A DNA stretch of 60,318 bases, filler included, from Nemertoderma westbladi (Eukaryota; Animalia; Xenacoelomorpha), in NCBI GenBank assembly GCA_032718475.1. It is 2 parts of 2 records of this genome, joined end to end, with 100 filler letters (N's around TTAATTAATTAA, not from the genome) between each part and the next. Parts side by side here need not be neighbours in the genome. Positions count along the whole stretch, not along the records: positions 31,933 to 60,318 come from JAUCBJ010001511.1; 1 more part is not named here. One strand, given 5' to 3'. The notes beneath the pieces are model-generated. The model saw only the letters and a list, made by a program, of their open reading frames with translations, was not told the DNA's origin and searched no databases. This document shows, one piece after another, positions 35,845 to 48,984 of the stretch; positions within the stretch are counted from its first letter, which is position 1, and each line of letters begins with the position of its first letter. Made by a program: the position numbers and the translations under genes.

Positions 35845-36514
35845 AATGGAGCCCCAAATGATATTTACGTTAGTAAGTCATCAATGTTGAAAGCTTACCC
35901 AACTTATTATTTATCATTTATGTCACTGTTTGCCATAATCTGTCCTCGATCTGACCTGGTCTTGGTATAAATGTAAAATCCCCTTTATTTTATGCAAAAG
36001 TTTAAAGAAGATTGTTTCGGTTTATCTCCTATGAACTATTTTTCTGTCGCAGATCGATCCTTTATTTCTTTAATGTCATGAAATTCTACCGTTTTTATTG
36101 TGCTAATTATATTCTTTGTTGTGGATATTATTTATACTTTTCAATATTTATTTGGATATATTAAGCTAAAATATATTTAATGGAGCCCCAAATGATATTT
36201 ACGTTAGTAAGTCATCAATGTTGAAAGCTTACCCAACTTATTATTTATCATTTATGTCACTGTTTGCCATAATCTGTCCTCGATCTGACCTGGTCTTGGT
36301 ATAAATGTAAAATCCCCTTTATTTTATGCAAAAGTTTAAAGAAGATTGTTTCGGTTTATCTCCTATGAACTATTTTTCTGTCGCAGATCGATCCTTTATT
36401 TCTTTAATGTCATGAAATTCTACCGTTTTTATTGTGCTAATTATATTCTTTGTTGTGGATATTATTTATACTTTTCAATATTTATTTGGATATATTAAGC
36501 TAAAATATATTTAA
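35845..36514. repeat. Near-perfect tandem duplication, 334-bp unit x2
   Basis: TGGAGCCCCAAATG... begins at 35847 and 36181, with matching sequence following. Confidence 0.9.
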
Positions 36515-37074
36515 AGTCATATTGGTGTAGTTTACCTTGAGTTTGGTCGTATTTTTTCCTACTTTTTTTTTGTAACAAACTGTTATTTACTAAAGAGGGG
36601 CCATTATATTATTTATATTTTCATTTTATAGTGGGTGGGTTCACAGCCCATCCGTGCTTACATTATTCTTAAATGGTCCTTTATATATTAAACTGAATAT
36701 ATCATACGGATAAAACTACGCCATACAAGATTATAACAATTGTATATGAATCACTGATAATTTACGCACAATTATAATATTGTAAATAAATTTATTATCT
36801 TTTTATTCGAAGGCACGAAGCAGAAGGCACCGCCGTCATTATGAGTTATTTTTAATATTATATACGGATTTTGTCTGGTGTAGATAACCTTAGTGGATTC
36901 GCGGTGTGTCTATTCGGATAGACATAGGCTTCCCTAGCATAATGTTAGCGCAATCCATTGCGTTTATTTAAAATATTACGTGTGTTGTCTCAATGTTTAA
37001 TATACCTAATTGGAAAGTCATAATGAATTGTTATTTATTTTTAAACTTTTAACCAACCTATATTTTCCACTTGA

Positions 37075-37623
37075 CCTCCCCTCCAGTACGTACACCCCCC
37101 CCCCCCCCCCCCCCCCCCCGTACGTACCCCTCTCCCCTCCTCCCGTACGTTTCCCCCTCCCATACGTACCTCATCTCCCCTCCTCCCGTACGTACCCCCC
37201 TCCCATACGTACCTCCTCTCCCCTCCTCCCGTACGTACCCCCCCCCATCCCGTACGTACATCCCCTCCTGTACGTGCCTCCACTCCCGTACGTACCCCCC
37301 CTCCCATACGTACCTCCTCTCCCCTCCTCCCGTACGTACCCCCCTCCCATACGTACCTCCTCTCCCCTCCTCCCGTACGTACCCCCCCCCCCTCCCGTAC
37401 GTACGTACATCCCCTCCTGTACGTGCCTCCACTCCCGTACGTACCCCCCCTCCCATACGTACCCCCTCTCCCCTCCTCCCGTACGTACCCCCCTCCCATA
37501 CGTACCTCCTCTCCCCTCCTCTCGTACGTACCCCCCTCCCATACGTACCTCCTCTCCCCTCCACCCGTACGTTTCCCCCTCCCATACGTACCTCCTCTCC
37601 CCTCCTCCCGTACGTACCCCCCC
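37075..37623. repeat. C-rich ~42-bp minisatellite with TACGTA cores (G-rich on minus strand)
   Basis: Repeats of CCCCCTCCCATACGTACCTCCTCTCCCCTCCTCCCGTACGTA. Confidence 0.9.
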
Positions 37624-37644
37624 TTCGGGTCGGCATTTTGGCTA

Positions 37645-39517
37645 CTACAAAAAACAATATTTCATTGTTGATTCTTTCTTGTTATGGTCCCGATTCTGGG
37701 AAAGCTGCAAAGCTCTATGATGACTTTCTTGGACGTTTGGGTAATTTGATTTCAAGCAATAAACTGTCTATCCCCTTACTCCTCGTCATCTCTGATGCAA
37801 AATGCAGATTTTGGTGACAAGCAAGGTCCGCGTTGGCTACAGCATAAGGAAAGTGTTAATGGAAAACGACTTCGACACTTCATGGATCAGAATAAATTAA
37901 CTGCCATTGACACATATCATGATTTTGTTGGCCAACTGTACACTTTTTCTGGTCATGGACACTCCTACATTGATCATATAATTGTGGATGAGTCATTAGA
38001 TAATCTAGTCATCTCCGGCTGTGTCCTGGATTCTGACCCAACTAGTCTCTCTGATCATTTACCAATTTCTGTCGAATTTCGTTTGCCTTCAGCTGCGACT
38101 ACCCCTACAATTAGTAACAGAAGATTTATTTCTAAGACTTTCCCAAAAATTAATTGGTCCAGAGCCACTAAAGATCAACTGTTTGCTTTCAGATCACAAG
38201 TAGAATGTGAAATATCAGAGCTTTATAACAATATCAATTCAGCTTCAATAAACTGGATGGAGAGTGACCTTGATCATTTTTCTCAATCAGTTGAGTCAAT
38301 TATACGCAGGTCTGCTTCTGGCCATCTTCCATTTCAGAAGTTTAAGAGAAGATCCCAGAACTATCGTATAAGGTCCTCAACTTTGCTCGCACGATCTCGA
38401 ACCACTCGCCAGCTTTATTCACTTTGGCAGGAAGAAGGTAAGCCACAGAACAGTGTCCATCAACGAGCTTATGTTGAGTCCAAACGTTCTTTGCGACGAT
38501 TAAAAAACTTTCTTACGCAGAAACATTGTGAATCACGCAAATTGCAGCTCAAGCCAAGGTGGCAAAGTCTAATCCTAAACAATTTTGGAGCTATTTTAAT
38601 TCAGGAAAAAGTTCAACTGATATTCCGTCAGTTACACAAGAAGCAATCTCTGTCAACTTACAGGATTCCCACAGTAGAGATCAGGTGTTTCAGGATTCTA
38701 TTTCTATCTTAAATGCCGAGTTAACTGCAGCTTGTGAGTCGGCTACAGTGCCTCTCATCTCTGTTACTTCAATTAAGCGGTCTATTCTGGCTCTTTCCAG
38801 AGGGAAGTCTGTGGATTTCCATGGTCTCTGTATTGAACACATCTTATATCTTGACTGTGACTTCATCTGTTCCATTATGGCTGATATTGTAAACTCATGT
38901 ATCAGGCTTGGACATTATTCCCCTTGGTTTTTTGGAGACACAATCAACACGCATCTTTACAAAGGAAATAAGAGGGATATCAACTTACCCAGAGCCCTTC
39001 CTGCTGTGATGTATACGTTACGATTTGGGTTGGGATCTTTCAGCTCCACACAGATCAAGGATCTAGAGATTGCGTACCGTATAGTTCTCCGTGGTTTATT
39101 TTATGTTGGTCCGTACGTGTCTAACTCGATAGTTTCTCAATGTTGGGTTGTCAAGAACTTGCAACTGAGGCGTATCGCGAGTGCATCAGGATACTTCATC
39201 GGCTTCATCATTGCCCAAACATCTTGTTGAACAGATTATTGCGATGTCTACTTCGGGAAAATGTCTACTTATCTGATCCAACTCTCTATGCTGGTTTGGG
39301 TTCCGTCTTCAGTAAATGCCTTGCAAACGTCCCGGTTCCATCCATAAATTATCTTCTATCTAATAGATACTCGGCTAGATCAATCCTTGCTCGTCTCAAA
39401 TCCGGTGAACTCTCCATAGAGGAACGCGTGAGGAGTGACCACATTGCTGCTTGTCATAGCCTTAGTGTACCATTCTCAGTTCGTCACAGCTTGGTCTCAC
39501 AATATTTCGGTTTATAA
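37645..39517 (+). mobile_element. Degenerate non-LTR retrotransposon ORF2 (AP endonuclease, linker, C-terminus; RT core apparently deleted)
   Basis: YTF...HSYIDHIIV and SLSDHLPI (APE motifs), NPKQFWSYF, IKRSILALSRGKSVDFHGLCIEHI, LYKGNKRD (pre-RT motifs); several frameshifts; no YADD motif seen. Confidence 0.8.
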
Positions 39518-40180
39518 TATAATATTTCGCTTCACTCTTATTATTATCATATCGTTTTAATTTTTTTTTGTTTGTTTATGAGTTCTCTAAATAGCAGTAC
39601 CATGATGACGTGATTGCTTGTAGACAGTGATTATTTTAATCCTTCCTCCTAAATGTGTGACTATATATATTTTAAATTTTGCTGTGAAATAATTTAACTT
39701 TTAATCATCGTATTTTCTCGCTCCACAATTAATCATGAGCACCACAACTTACTTTAAATCCGGGTACCTCAGTTTAATTTTCATGATAATAATTCTCAAG
39801 CACTATTTTAATTTTACAGGATCTTTATTGCTCCTGTTATTGTTTTTGTTCCATTTTTTTTTGCTTGTAGACAGAGCAAATTTTAATCCACCAATTACTT
39901 GGTTTTTATTCAAACCACCCATTATTCAATCCTTGTGTATTGATAAACTTCTAATAACCGTAATTTTTTTTTTCTCTGTGTGACACTATGTGCTCCACGA
40001 GGTCTCACAAGTTGCCAGTGGTATTTTACTAGACTCATTACTTTTATTTGTTGTGCACGACCCGTTTTATTTCTGTGCTTATACTGTGTTATAATGCAGT
40101 GTGATCTTAGTAATTTTGATTATAATAAATGAAATGCCAGCCAGTCTGGCGTAACCAGTTTAAAAATAAATTTTTCCAGA

Positions 40181-41149
40181 TCTGTCGTGCCGTTTTTGAG
40201 ATAAAGCATTTTATATAACGCTCCCATGGTCTACTATATATACACGGCCTAATAAGCTGCATTTTGAGGCCATTCAAAAAGAGACCAGTTTTTTTACATC
40301 AATTTGATATTTTGATATAATTCTTTAATTTGACTCAATTGAAGTCTCCTCGTTAAGCAAGATACTAAATTATATGGTAGCTAGTGTTTTAGGTAGGTTT
40401 AGCTAGTAATTTCAACACTGATTCTGACATCCTACTTAATTCTATAAATATTTTGTAGTAGCTAGTTCGTGTTACTATTTGTATAGAAAATGTTCCAGAA
40501 CACGTTAGCTATTCATTTTTAAAAAAAATATGTTCTAGAACAAATATTATTTTCTTCTAGAACATTTTTTAGAAAAAAATCTGGATTCTACTGTATTTAA
40601 AACGCATGGAATCGTTCAAAAACGTGTTTAAAATCAATGTAAAAAAATTTTTTCACAATATTTTTTTTTCACAATTTTTTTTATTGATTTTAAACACGTT
40701 TTAGAACGATTCCATGCGTTTTAAATAGAATCCACATTTTTTTCTAAACAATGTTCTAGAACAAAAAATATTTGTTCTACCGGTAGAACATATTTTTTTT
40801 TAAATGAACAGCTATGTTCTGGAACATTTTATATACAAATAGTAATAAGAACTAGCTACTACAAAATATTTATAGAAGGAAGTAGGATGTCGGAACCAGT
40901 GTCAAAATTACTAGCTAAACCTACCCTGTACCTAAAGCACGAGCTACCATATATTTTAGTATCTTGCTTAACGAGGAGGCTTCAATTCAGTCAAATTAAA
41001 TAATTATATCCAAATATCAAATTGATGTAAAAAAAACTAGTCTCTTTTTGAATAGCCTCAAAATGCAGCTTATTAGGCCGTGTATATATAGTAGGCCATG
41101 GCATGGGAGCGTTATATAAAATGGTATATCTCAAAAACCGCACGACAGA
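40181..41149. repeat. ~970-bp long inverted repeat (palindromic/foldback element)
   Basis: Arms of ~460 bp (TCTGTCGTGC..TTTTTGAGAT...AAAATCAAT / ATTGATTTT...ATCTCAAAAACCGCACGACAGA) around a short AT-rich spacer near 40645-40680. A partial copy lies at ~44106-44210. Confidence 0.9.
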
Positions 41150-41668
41150 GTTAGCATCGGTTTTCTGTCATCCATATATATCGTTTTATAAAATAAAAAG
41201 ATTGCCTCCAGGGGTCGTATGATACATTTGTCCTTCCGTGTATATTTAGTATTCCATGATCGAGATTATTAATTCTGAAATATTCACTCCAAATTGATTA
41301 TCGTACTCGCCCCACCCATTGGGGCTACTTTGATACCTTGGTATTATGGCAATTTTTGTATGACACTCATTACAGTTTACTTATTGGTTACTCTGATAAA
41401 AATTTTTGAATTCTCCATAAAAACAATCTACATTTTGGTATATTGCAATCCAAGCAAGGCTAATAGATTTTCAGGAAATTAATATTAAAAGATTGACTGA
41501 TTGATTAAAAAACAGTAACACGAGTGGGGCCTTCGTGCAGCAAAATCTGCAAGTCATCTTAGCGAACAATTATACTATGGCTAGATATATTGGCTTCCCG
41601 CACAGACAACCCCCCCCCCCCCCCCCCCACACACACACACAGACTTTTGGAAAACGGCCACAGTATAA

Positions 41669-44343
41669 TAGTGTTGGTGCGCGAAAAAATTGTTGGGCTA
41701 GAAACAAATGAATAAGGGGTAAGAAGGTGCCCTGAATCGAGTGGCGGGGTGTGTTTTTGTAAAAACACGAGGAAATTCATAAGGAGGAATCTCACGAGGA
41801 AATCGTTTGATTCTGCAAAAACGTTTGATTCTAAAACCAAAAAGCACCACTTTTAAAATGTACTGTAAATGCCGTCTTATGGAATATTAGTTCCGTTAAG
41901 AACAATTATGTTTCAAATGAGTATAATGTACTGTATTTATTTTGAAAAGTATTTAAATATTTTACAGTTATATTAAATAAATATATTACAGTTATATTTT
42001 ATTTTGTATATTAATAGATTAAAAATAGGTTAATTAATTAAGTTAATAATTAAAATAGTAAAAGATATTAACCGCAAAGATATACAATTATAAGTAAGGT
42101 ATTATTATTAACAACACAGTTACAATACTAAATACTATTCAGTTATACGCCCGCGCATAACGCAAGCCACGTAAAAATCATACTTATATATTGCATTGTG
42201 TAATTATTATTAGAGGGAAGCCCTATTGTATAGGCCTAGGCTCACTGGGATACCCCAGAGAGCCGTCGAGTCAGACAAACAATAATAGTATCAACCTGAA
42301 TCAGCTTCAATATACTACTAGGCCTATGTGTCTCCTTGTCTCTATCACAAACGAACTGTATACACCCCATATACATGTTCTGGAATGAATATTTACGACA
42401 TTTTGGCTGCCGCTCCCGTTTGACTACTAAGGGCCCTCTCATTTTGTTTCACTGGCATTCTTAACATTGTACAGTTACGATACATGTTAGCATTGGATGG
42501 AAGCAAGGCGTTCTTAACTAAAGGCCATGCAACCGTGCAGCACTGAAGGCTGACTGGAGGCTGACGCTATTCACAGTTTAATACAGTAGAATAGCATAGT
42601 ATGTAGTACTGCAGTACTGCTACTGCTGTTCTGTCTACCGGCAGACCGGTAACTGTAATTTAATGTTACACTATCACACTGTACTGTACTACTGTACTAT
42701 ACAGCTATTGATATGTACTATAATTCTGGAAGGGGGATGGACTGAGAATGATGCAAGGAGTTCTGTCCGCAACCAGGATATAAGTAGGCCTACCAACGAC
42801 GGCGACCCGGATATGAGTACTAACGACGGCGACCCGGCCCGGATATAGGGAAAATACACATAGGGAAAGAAACTCCGGCTCCGGTCAAACTCCGGCAATT
42901 TTTTTTCTACTCCGGTTCCGGCTCCGGCTCCGGCAAAATAAAAACTCCGATCGACCACTAACACTGACTGTACAGCTGTACCGTCAGACAGACTGGTAAA
43001 TCATTATTAACACATTTGTCTGGTTTAAAAGATACGATAACAATAAATTAGGTACATATTACAGTATTAAAAGGCTAGGCCCTTTTTTTCAGGTAGGCCT
43101 ATCCTAACAACTGGGAACTAAAGAAAGCTCATTATTCTGTAAACTAGGCCTACTCGTTTCTCCCTACAATTATCCGTGCCCTGCTCATTGTTTAATTGAT
43201 AATGCCACTGAAATGTTGCGTATTTGGTTGCCGGTCCAACTACGACGAGCACTCAACAACAACAAAAGAACGCGTTGCTGTTAAGAACGCCTTGGATGGA
43301 AGCCATGCCCGCTCATGGGGCTTCCCCAATCCCCAGCGGCTATGTCAGATGCCAGTCAGCCAATAGAATCAGCTCGCATTCACTTCACTATGTTTCTATT
43401 TGTTTCTGCCACTACTAGCTTACTGATTCTGATTCACCCAATGTGAAATAAATAATGTTCTGGAATGAATATTTTACAACATGGGCTACAAAGGCCTGTT
43501 TACAGATGGCAACTTTTTTGAGCATCTTTGTCAGTAACTTGTAGAGCAACTCAGGTTGCCGATCTGTAGAAAGTTGACGTTTTACGGCAACTTAAGGAAT
43601 TCGCGAGGGTGAATAAAAGCAGGATGGTCAAATTGGATTGTTTTGTAAATAATTTCATGGTTGTTTATTGTTTACTCCCATTCGAATTTTATTCTTCTAT
43701 GCCATTGGTTGTGTTTTTATAGTATAGTTTCTAGTAAAAACGACAGTTGGTAAATTTTTTCAAGACCATGCCTTGATCCCAAGGGGGAGGGGGCTCAAGC
43801 CCCCCTAGACCCCCCCTCCCCCCTTTGCCTGCGCCACTGTCAGTAGTAGAGTAGATTAAATAAGATGATGGGATGGTATCATAAAGGGATGTCTACCGAC
43901 TTTAAATCTCTGATAGGGTTCCTACAATAAATTAAATTAATTTGTCCCTGTTGCTGCTGGAAATACTGTTGGAAACAACATTATATCACCATGAATTTAA
44001 TTAATTGTAGTGTCAAAAGACGCGCAAGTCTCTCCGCTTTTAATATGTATTTGAATCGATCGAAATTCTCTAATCTTTTTTTAATTCAAAATTTGCTTCC
44101 CCATCTTAAATAATTATATCCAAATATCAAATTGATGTAAAAAAAAAAAAAACTAGTCTCTTTTTGAATAGCCTCAAAATGCAGCTTATTAGGCCGTGTA
44201 TATATAGTAGTAGTATAAACCCACCATTTAGACCGTGTCCTCGTGTATTTACAAACAACACACCCCGCCACTCGATTCAGAGCACCTTGTTACCCCTTAT
44301 TCGATTGTTTCTAGCCCAACAATTTTTTCGCGCACCAACCCTA
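41669..44343. mobile_element. Non-autonomous hAT-like element, ~105-bp TIRs
   Basis: TAGTGTTGGTGCGCGAAAAAATTGTTGGGCTAGAAAC... / ...GTTTCTAGCCCAACAATTTTTTCGCGCACCAACCCTA; 8-bp TSD CAGTATAA / CAGTATTA (7/8). Confidence 0.75.
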
Positions 44344-45798
44344 CAGTATTATAACAGTTCGCATATGGCTCGCAGTTCTGATAAAAAATGAAAATTCAAT
44401 ATTTTTCACATTTCATTTCCACATAAAATTTGTGACTATTTGCGAGAAAAGGGACCTGTTAGGTAGTAGGCCTATCTATGATATACTGTACATAATTTTC
44501 TGGGCTTTCTGAATATCGAAATAGTTTTTTCGTATCTTTGTCGGTTGAAAAGTTATGAGGGATTCAATATACTACATTCGGCTACGGTCAATGCCTGGCG
44601 AAAAAAAGCTACAGAAATTTCAAAATTTTCCCGATCTGAGTATTTTTGGGACTGAAATTCATAAGGGTAAACCAAATAGGGTCTCGCGGATAAATTTAAA
44701 TAAAAATATCTATCCGTACATTGCATCTATGGAAAATTAAAGGTTTTCAAAAAATGGGAAATTTTTTAAAAACCAGCCACAGTACATGTAAATCATACCC
44801 TTACCGTAATAAATATGATTCCATTCAATTCATTTAACATCCTGCAATTTGAACCTACATCTTACGCAAATTAGAGCTATTTATTAATGAATACATTTTG
44901 TAACAATAATTGTAATAATGTATAACATTTGGAGTAGCTGGAGCCACATAATGGTCACAAATTTATGACTTTTGAGTATTTTAGGAATAGGGCCTATTCA
45001 CACAGACTCATTTAAATCAAATGTAATAATGTATAGGCCCTTATATTTTGGAGTAGCTGGAGTCATATTATTGTCACAAATACATAAATAAAACTTACAT
45101 TCGAAGTTAACTTCACATTCAAACGATCTTCATTCACATCATACGAACGTTTCACTTAATAGATCAGCATTTATGTTGATAAACAAAAATACATTATATT
45201 ATTTTTAACCGCAAAACAGTCATATATTTTCCAAAACATTATTAAATTAATGGTTATAGACTCATATTCTCTACTCCGCAAAAAAATACAATTTTATTTC
45301 AAAATACCAATCCATTTGTTTATGGATTGGATTGGATGTATATTTGGTATACGTTTATGTGGTTCAACACATTGTTCTTCATAAAGCCACAAATATGCCG
45401 CATTTTTTGAAAAAAAAATGCACAGGTATCTAGGAAAGTTAATTTTCCGCCACATTCCAAAATTTCAAATTGAAATGTTTAAAAATATCGTTTCTGTGAC
45501 ACAATTTGTAAAAATGTTGTAATTTTGGCTTTTTTAAAATGTCACACCCCATGTGATTGTGCTCTATATTCCAAGTCAATCTTATTTATTTATTCTTAAA
45601 GTAAAATATCCCCCAGTACTAAATAATAATAAACAACAGTAAAAACAGGGTGGTAATTGGCTACAGTATGTTAACTACGTTACAATATTAGAAATAAAGT
45701 GAAGTGAAGAAAATTTTTAAATTAAATGGCATGGCGGTTGGAAAGTAAAGCGGAAACTAGAACACGCGAGTTCGATTAATGTGAGTAAAAGCCGTAGA

Positions 45799-46720
45799 TT
45801 ACAGGCCGACGAGTTTCACGCTCACATCCCATAACGTTTCCGCTAAACTCTTATCCGAACCCAAAGCCGACGAATCCGTCACTTTACATTCGTAGAAATA
45901 GCAACCGGAGCTGGAGTGTAGATCGGGACAAACAGCGCAATGGATAGAGGTCTGAGCTCCTTGGGGCGACGTTTTACACATCAAATAAAACGGGTAATTT
46001 AAACATTTCTGAACGAAAGCGTGGAAGCCAGAGAGAAGGCGGATGTTCCGCCATAACTCGGTGTACACTAACCCTGGGTGGACAGAGAAGGTGGAAACAT
46101 TAGATCCAATAAGTCGATTGTTTAGTTCCACAGTAAAGAGCACGTTGGCTAGTTTACTCCTACTGTAGGCCTCGAAAGCTCCGTAACTTTTATCTAAATT
46201 TATATCGTCCAACTGAATTCCCATTCGGCAAGTTCTGTGTGCATCCGACGACACATTTAGAATTCGCCCCTCTCCTGGACTCGATTTCATTAGATCCATA
46301 AGAAGATTAGTCAATAGAAAGTGACCCAGGTGGTTGACTCCGAAATGATATTCGTATCCATCTTTAGTGCTCCACTTTGGGCACATCATTACTCCAGCGT
46401 TATTGATCAGTATATCCAAACGTTTCTCGTTCTCTACTATATCTTACGAAGTCCCTTATCGAATGAAACGAGGCGAGATCCAGATGTTTGTGGAAAACCT
46501 CCTCGTTCCCGGTGGATTCACGCAGTTCTTCCGCTGCCGTTTTGCCTTTCTTTGCGTCCCGACACCCCATTATGACCCTCGCTCCTCTCTCTCCCAGGTC
46601 TCGAGCTGTTTCTTTCCCGATTCCAGTGTTTCCTCCAGTTATAACAACAGTTTTCCCATCCAGTCTCGTGTCGCACCGACAAACTCCCCCGGCTACGTAA
46701 TTCCATATAAAGTCAAACAT
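45799..46720 (-). pseudogene. Retinol dehydrogenase 12/13/14-like SDR with one frameshift near 46444 (pseudogene or sequence error)
   Basis: GKTVVITGGNTGIGKETARDL and LDLASF.SIR.F in frame 1; LDILINNAGVM, GVNHLGHFLLT, YSRSK and VHPG in frame 2. Repairing TTC GTA A GAT ATA restores FV-DIVENEKRLDILINN. Confidence 0.8.
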
Positions 46721-48685
46721 TTCCTATGAATAACACCGTTGCTCAAGCTTTCTGGTCAGACGTCAGATACAGCACCGGTATATTGTTATATTGACAAGAT
46801 GAGGGGGGGTGGGGGGGGGGGGGGGGGGGGGTGATAAGAAAAAATAAAATATTTCACGGGCGGCTTTTAAAATTAATACTATTTAAGTTATTATTTAATA
46901 CTTACTTAACTTCAACACAAATTCCCCAAAAATATTTAAACATGTTTATTTTGCAGCATTGGAGTCACATTGAAGAAAAAAAAATCAAGAATTTGAAAAT
47001 TTAATGGGTGGCTTTTAATATTAATGCTATTTACTTATTATATATTTATTTGATACTAAATATTATTATCTTTACCAGTTTAGGATCATAATCAAAATTT
47101 ATCTTCTCCAGGGGTAGATAGCTGGAAATAACAGCTCATCACTCAAAAAATAATATAAAACTAAAAATTGTACCGGTAACCACCAACCACTTCTATTGAC
47201 ATTAGTTTATTGTTTTGGTAAGAAAAAAGTGCCACTGAAATCTGCTTCTATCCCTAATTTTTTAATTTTAAATTGAGACGAGATATGCCTACTATTAATT
47301 CGCAGCTATGAGCATTGCGTCGGACAGACAGTAGACAGTGCGTTAATTATCACAACGAGTGTAATTTTTTTAACAATTTTTTCAACTTAGACTGGTGAAT
47401 ATTAGTTTACACTACCTACCCGTAACAGTGCCTACCGGTAATGTTTGCCAAGGACAAGCCACTGTCAGCCCTTACTACCTCAAGGATTAACAGCTGATTT
47501 GTTTTTATTTATCTTCGTTTCCATGTATTAATGCTTGCCAACCATAGGTTAGAAATAGCTGAGACTATGTCGTTTAAATTATCTGTGCTTAAGCTATGGC
47601 GTGTTCGGTGTATGTGATAAAAATGTAATTTTACCGGATTCTGGATCAAAATTTAATGGCGATTTCAAAAGTGAAAACTACATAGCGATATCTCTTTTAG
47701 TTCTCGAGTTATAGCTGTCTGTCTGCCTGACAGTCGGTTTTGTCTGACAAAATTAAAGAAACACACGCATAAGGATTCATGCATTCTAGATTTTCTGTCT
47801 GCCTGCATGTCTATCTGTCAGCCGGCCTGTCTCTCTGACTGTCTTTTGGTGTGTCTGTCAGTCAAAAATTATGAATGAAATATACAACTGAAAATGTTGT
47901 TATAAAGGTTTTCTTGGTCTATGGTTCCATTTCTGATGTCTGTTTTAACGTTTAAAGGATTCTTAGATGGCCTATCCGGATGTCTGTCTGTCTGTTATAT
48001 TTTGATGGACAGACCGACTGGTATACAGACCAACACAAGCCATCATATTTGAATACTACCAGAAATGGAATTACCGACAAGGAAAACCCCTTTAACTGAA
48101 ATGATAGCGAGGGCGTGTCCTTTCCTAAATTTCGACTGACAGACGGACAGATTGTCTGATAAACAGTCAGACTGACAGTAGCTAAGAGGCAGCTTTACAC
48201 CAGTATCAACAAATTACAATAAGGTTGAAGAATTATTAAGTACGGTGTAACTGGTTCAATATCGACGGAGATACCTTTGTCAAACGCTTGTAACGAAAAC
48301 GAAAATAAAAATTCTGACTCTCCCATGGAGGCGGAGTTAGGTAAAACTATCTCTTTCAAATTTCATGTAAACTCATTAAGGTTTGTAAAAAAAAATTGGG
48401 GGAGGGGTCTACGTACCTGAATTAAGACACTATATTCCAGGACATGGTGTACATAACTCTGTTATAGACAGAAAATAGAGGATGATCTAAAATATAATAA
48501 CAGGAATAATAAATTGAAAAACATGTGCCAATAACGGCAATAAGTAAGAAATGAATTGAAAATAATGTTTTTGAATTACACTGAATTAGTATACAAGTAA
48601 TTCAGACGCCCACCATTACGCATGGCGACACATTCTTTGGTTGACCGCGATCTGTCTCTAGATATAGAGAATGTGCGTGATCTGT

Positions 48686-48981
48686 GACACGTGGATCTTG
48701 ACACTAGAACAAAATCGCCTTCGCTTTACAGGACATTGCTTTCGCCGTGAGGACCAGCCAGTGCATAATCTTGTACTTTGGCAGCCTCATGGAGTGAATA
48801 AGCATGGTGGACAGCCCATGACTTTCTTGCGACGCATCTTAAAGGACACTGGCCTTAAAGATGCGGATGATCTAGCAAATGTCATGGGTGATAGGGAGTT
48901 GTGGCGGTGCAATTTTGTTGAAAAGCCGGCACAGCATTCTTAAAAATGCAGCTGCAATGCAGCATGCCGATCCTAGTAGTA
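48686..48981 (+). mobile_element. 5'-truncated RTE-clade LINE 3' end, inserted antisense into ZRSR2 last exon
   Basis: RLRFTGHCFRRE.QPV.NLVLWQP.G....G....TF...I.KDTG.......VM.DRELWR is a typical RTE ORF C-terminus. GCTGC-AAT-GCAGC hairpin, (TAG)n tail, ~32-bp flanking duplication (48654-48685, 48982-49013). Confidence 0.85.
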
Positions 48982-48984
48982 GTC

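Noticed and set aside
37010-37817. Extensin-like proline-rich and glycine-rich ORFs
   Set aside because: Translation of a C-rich minisatellite in all frames.
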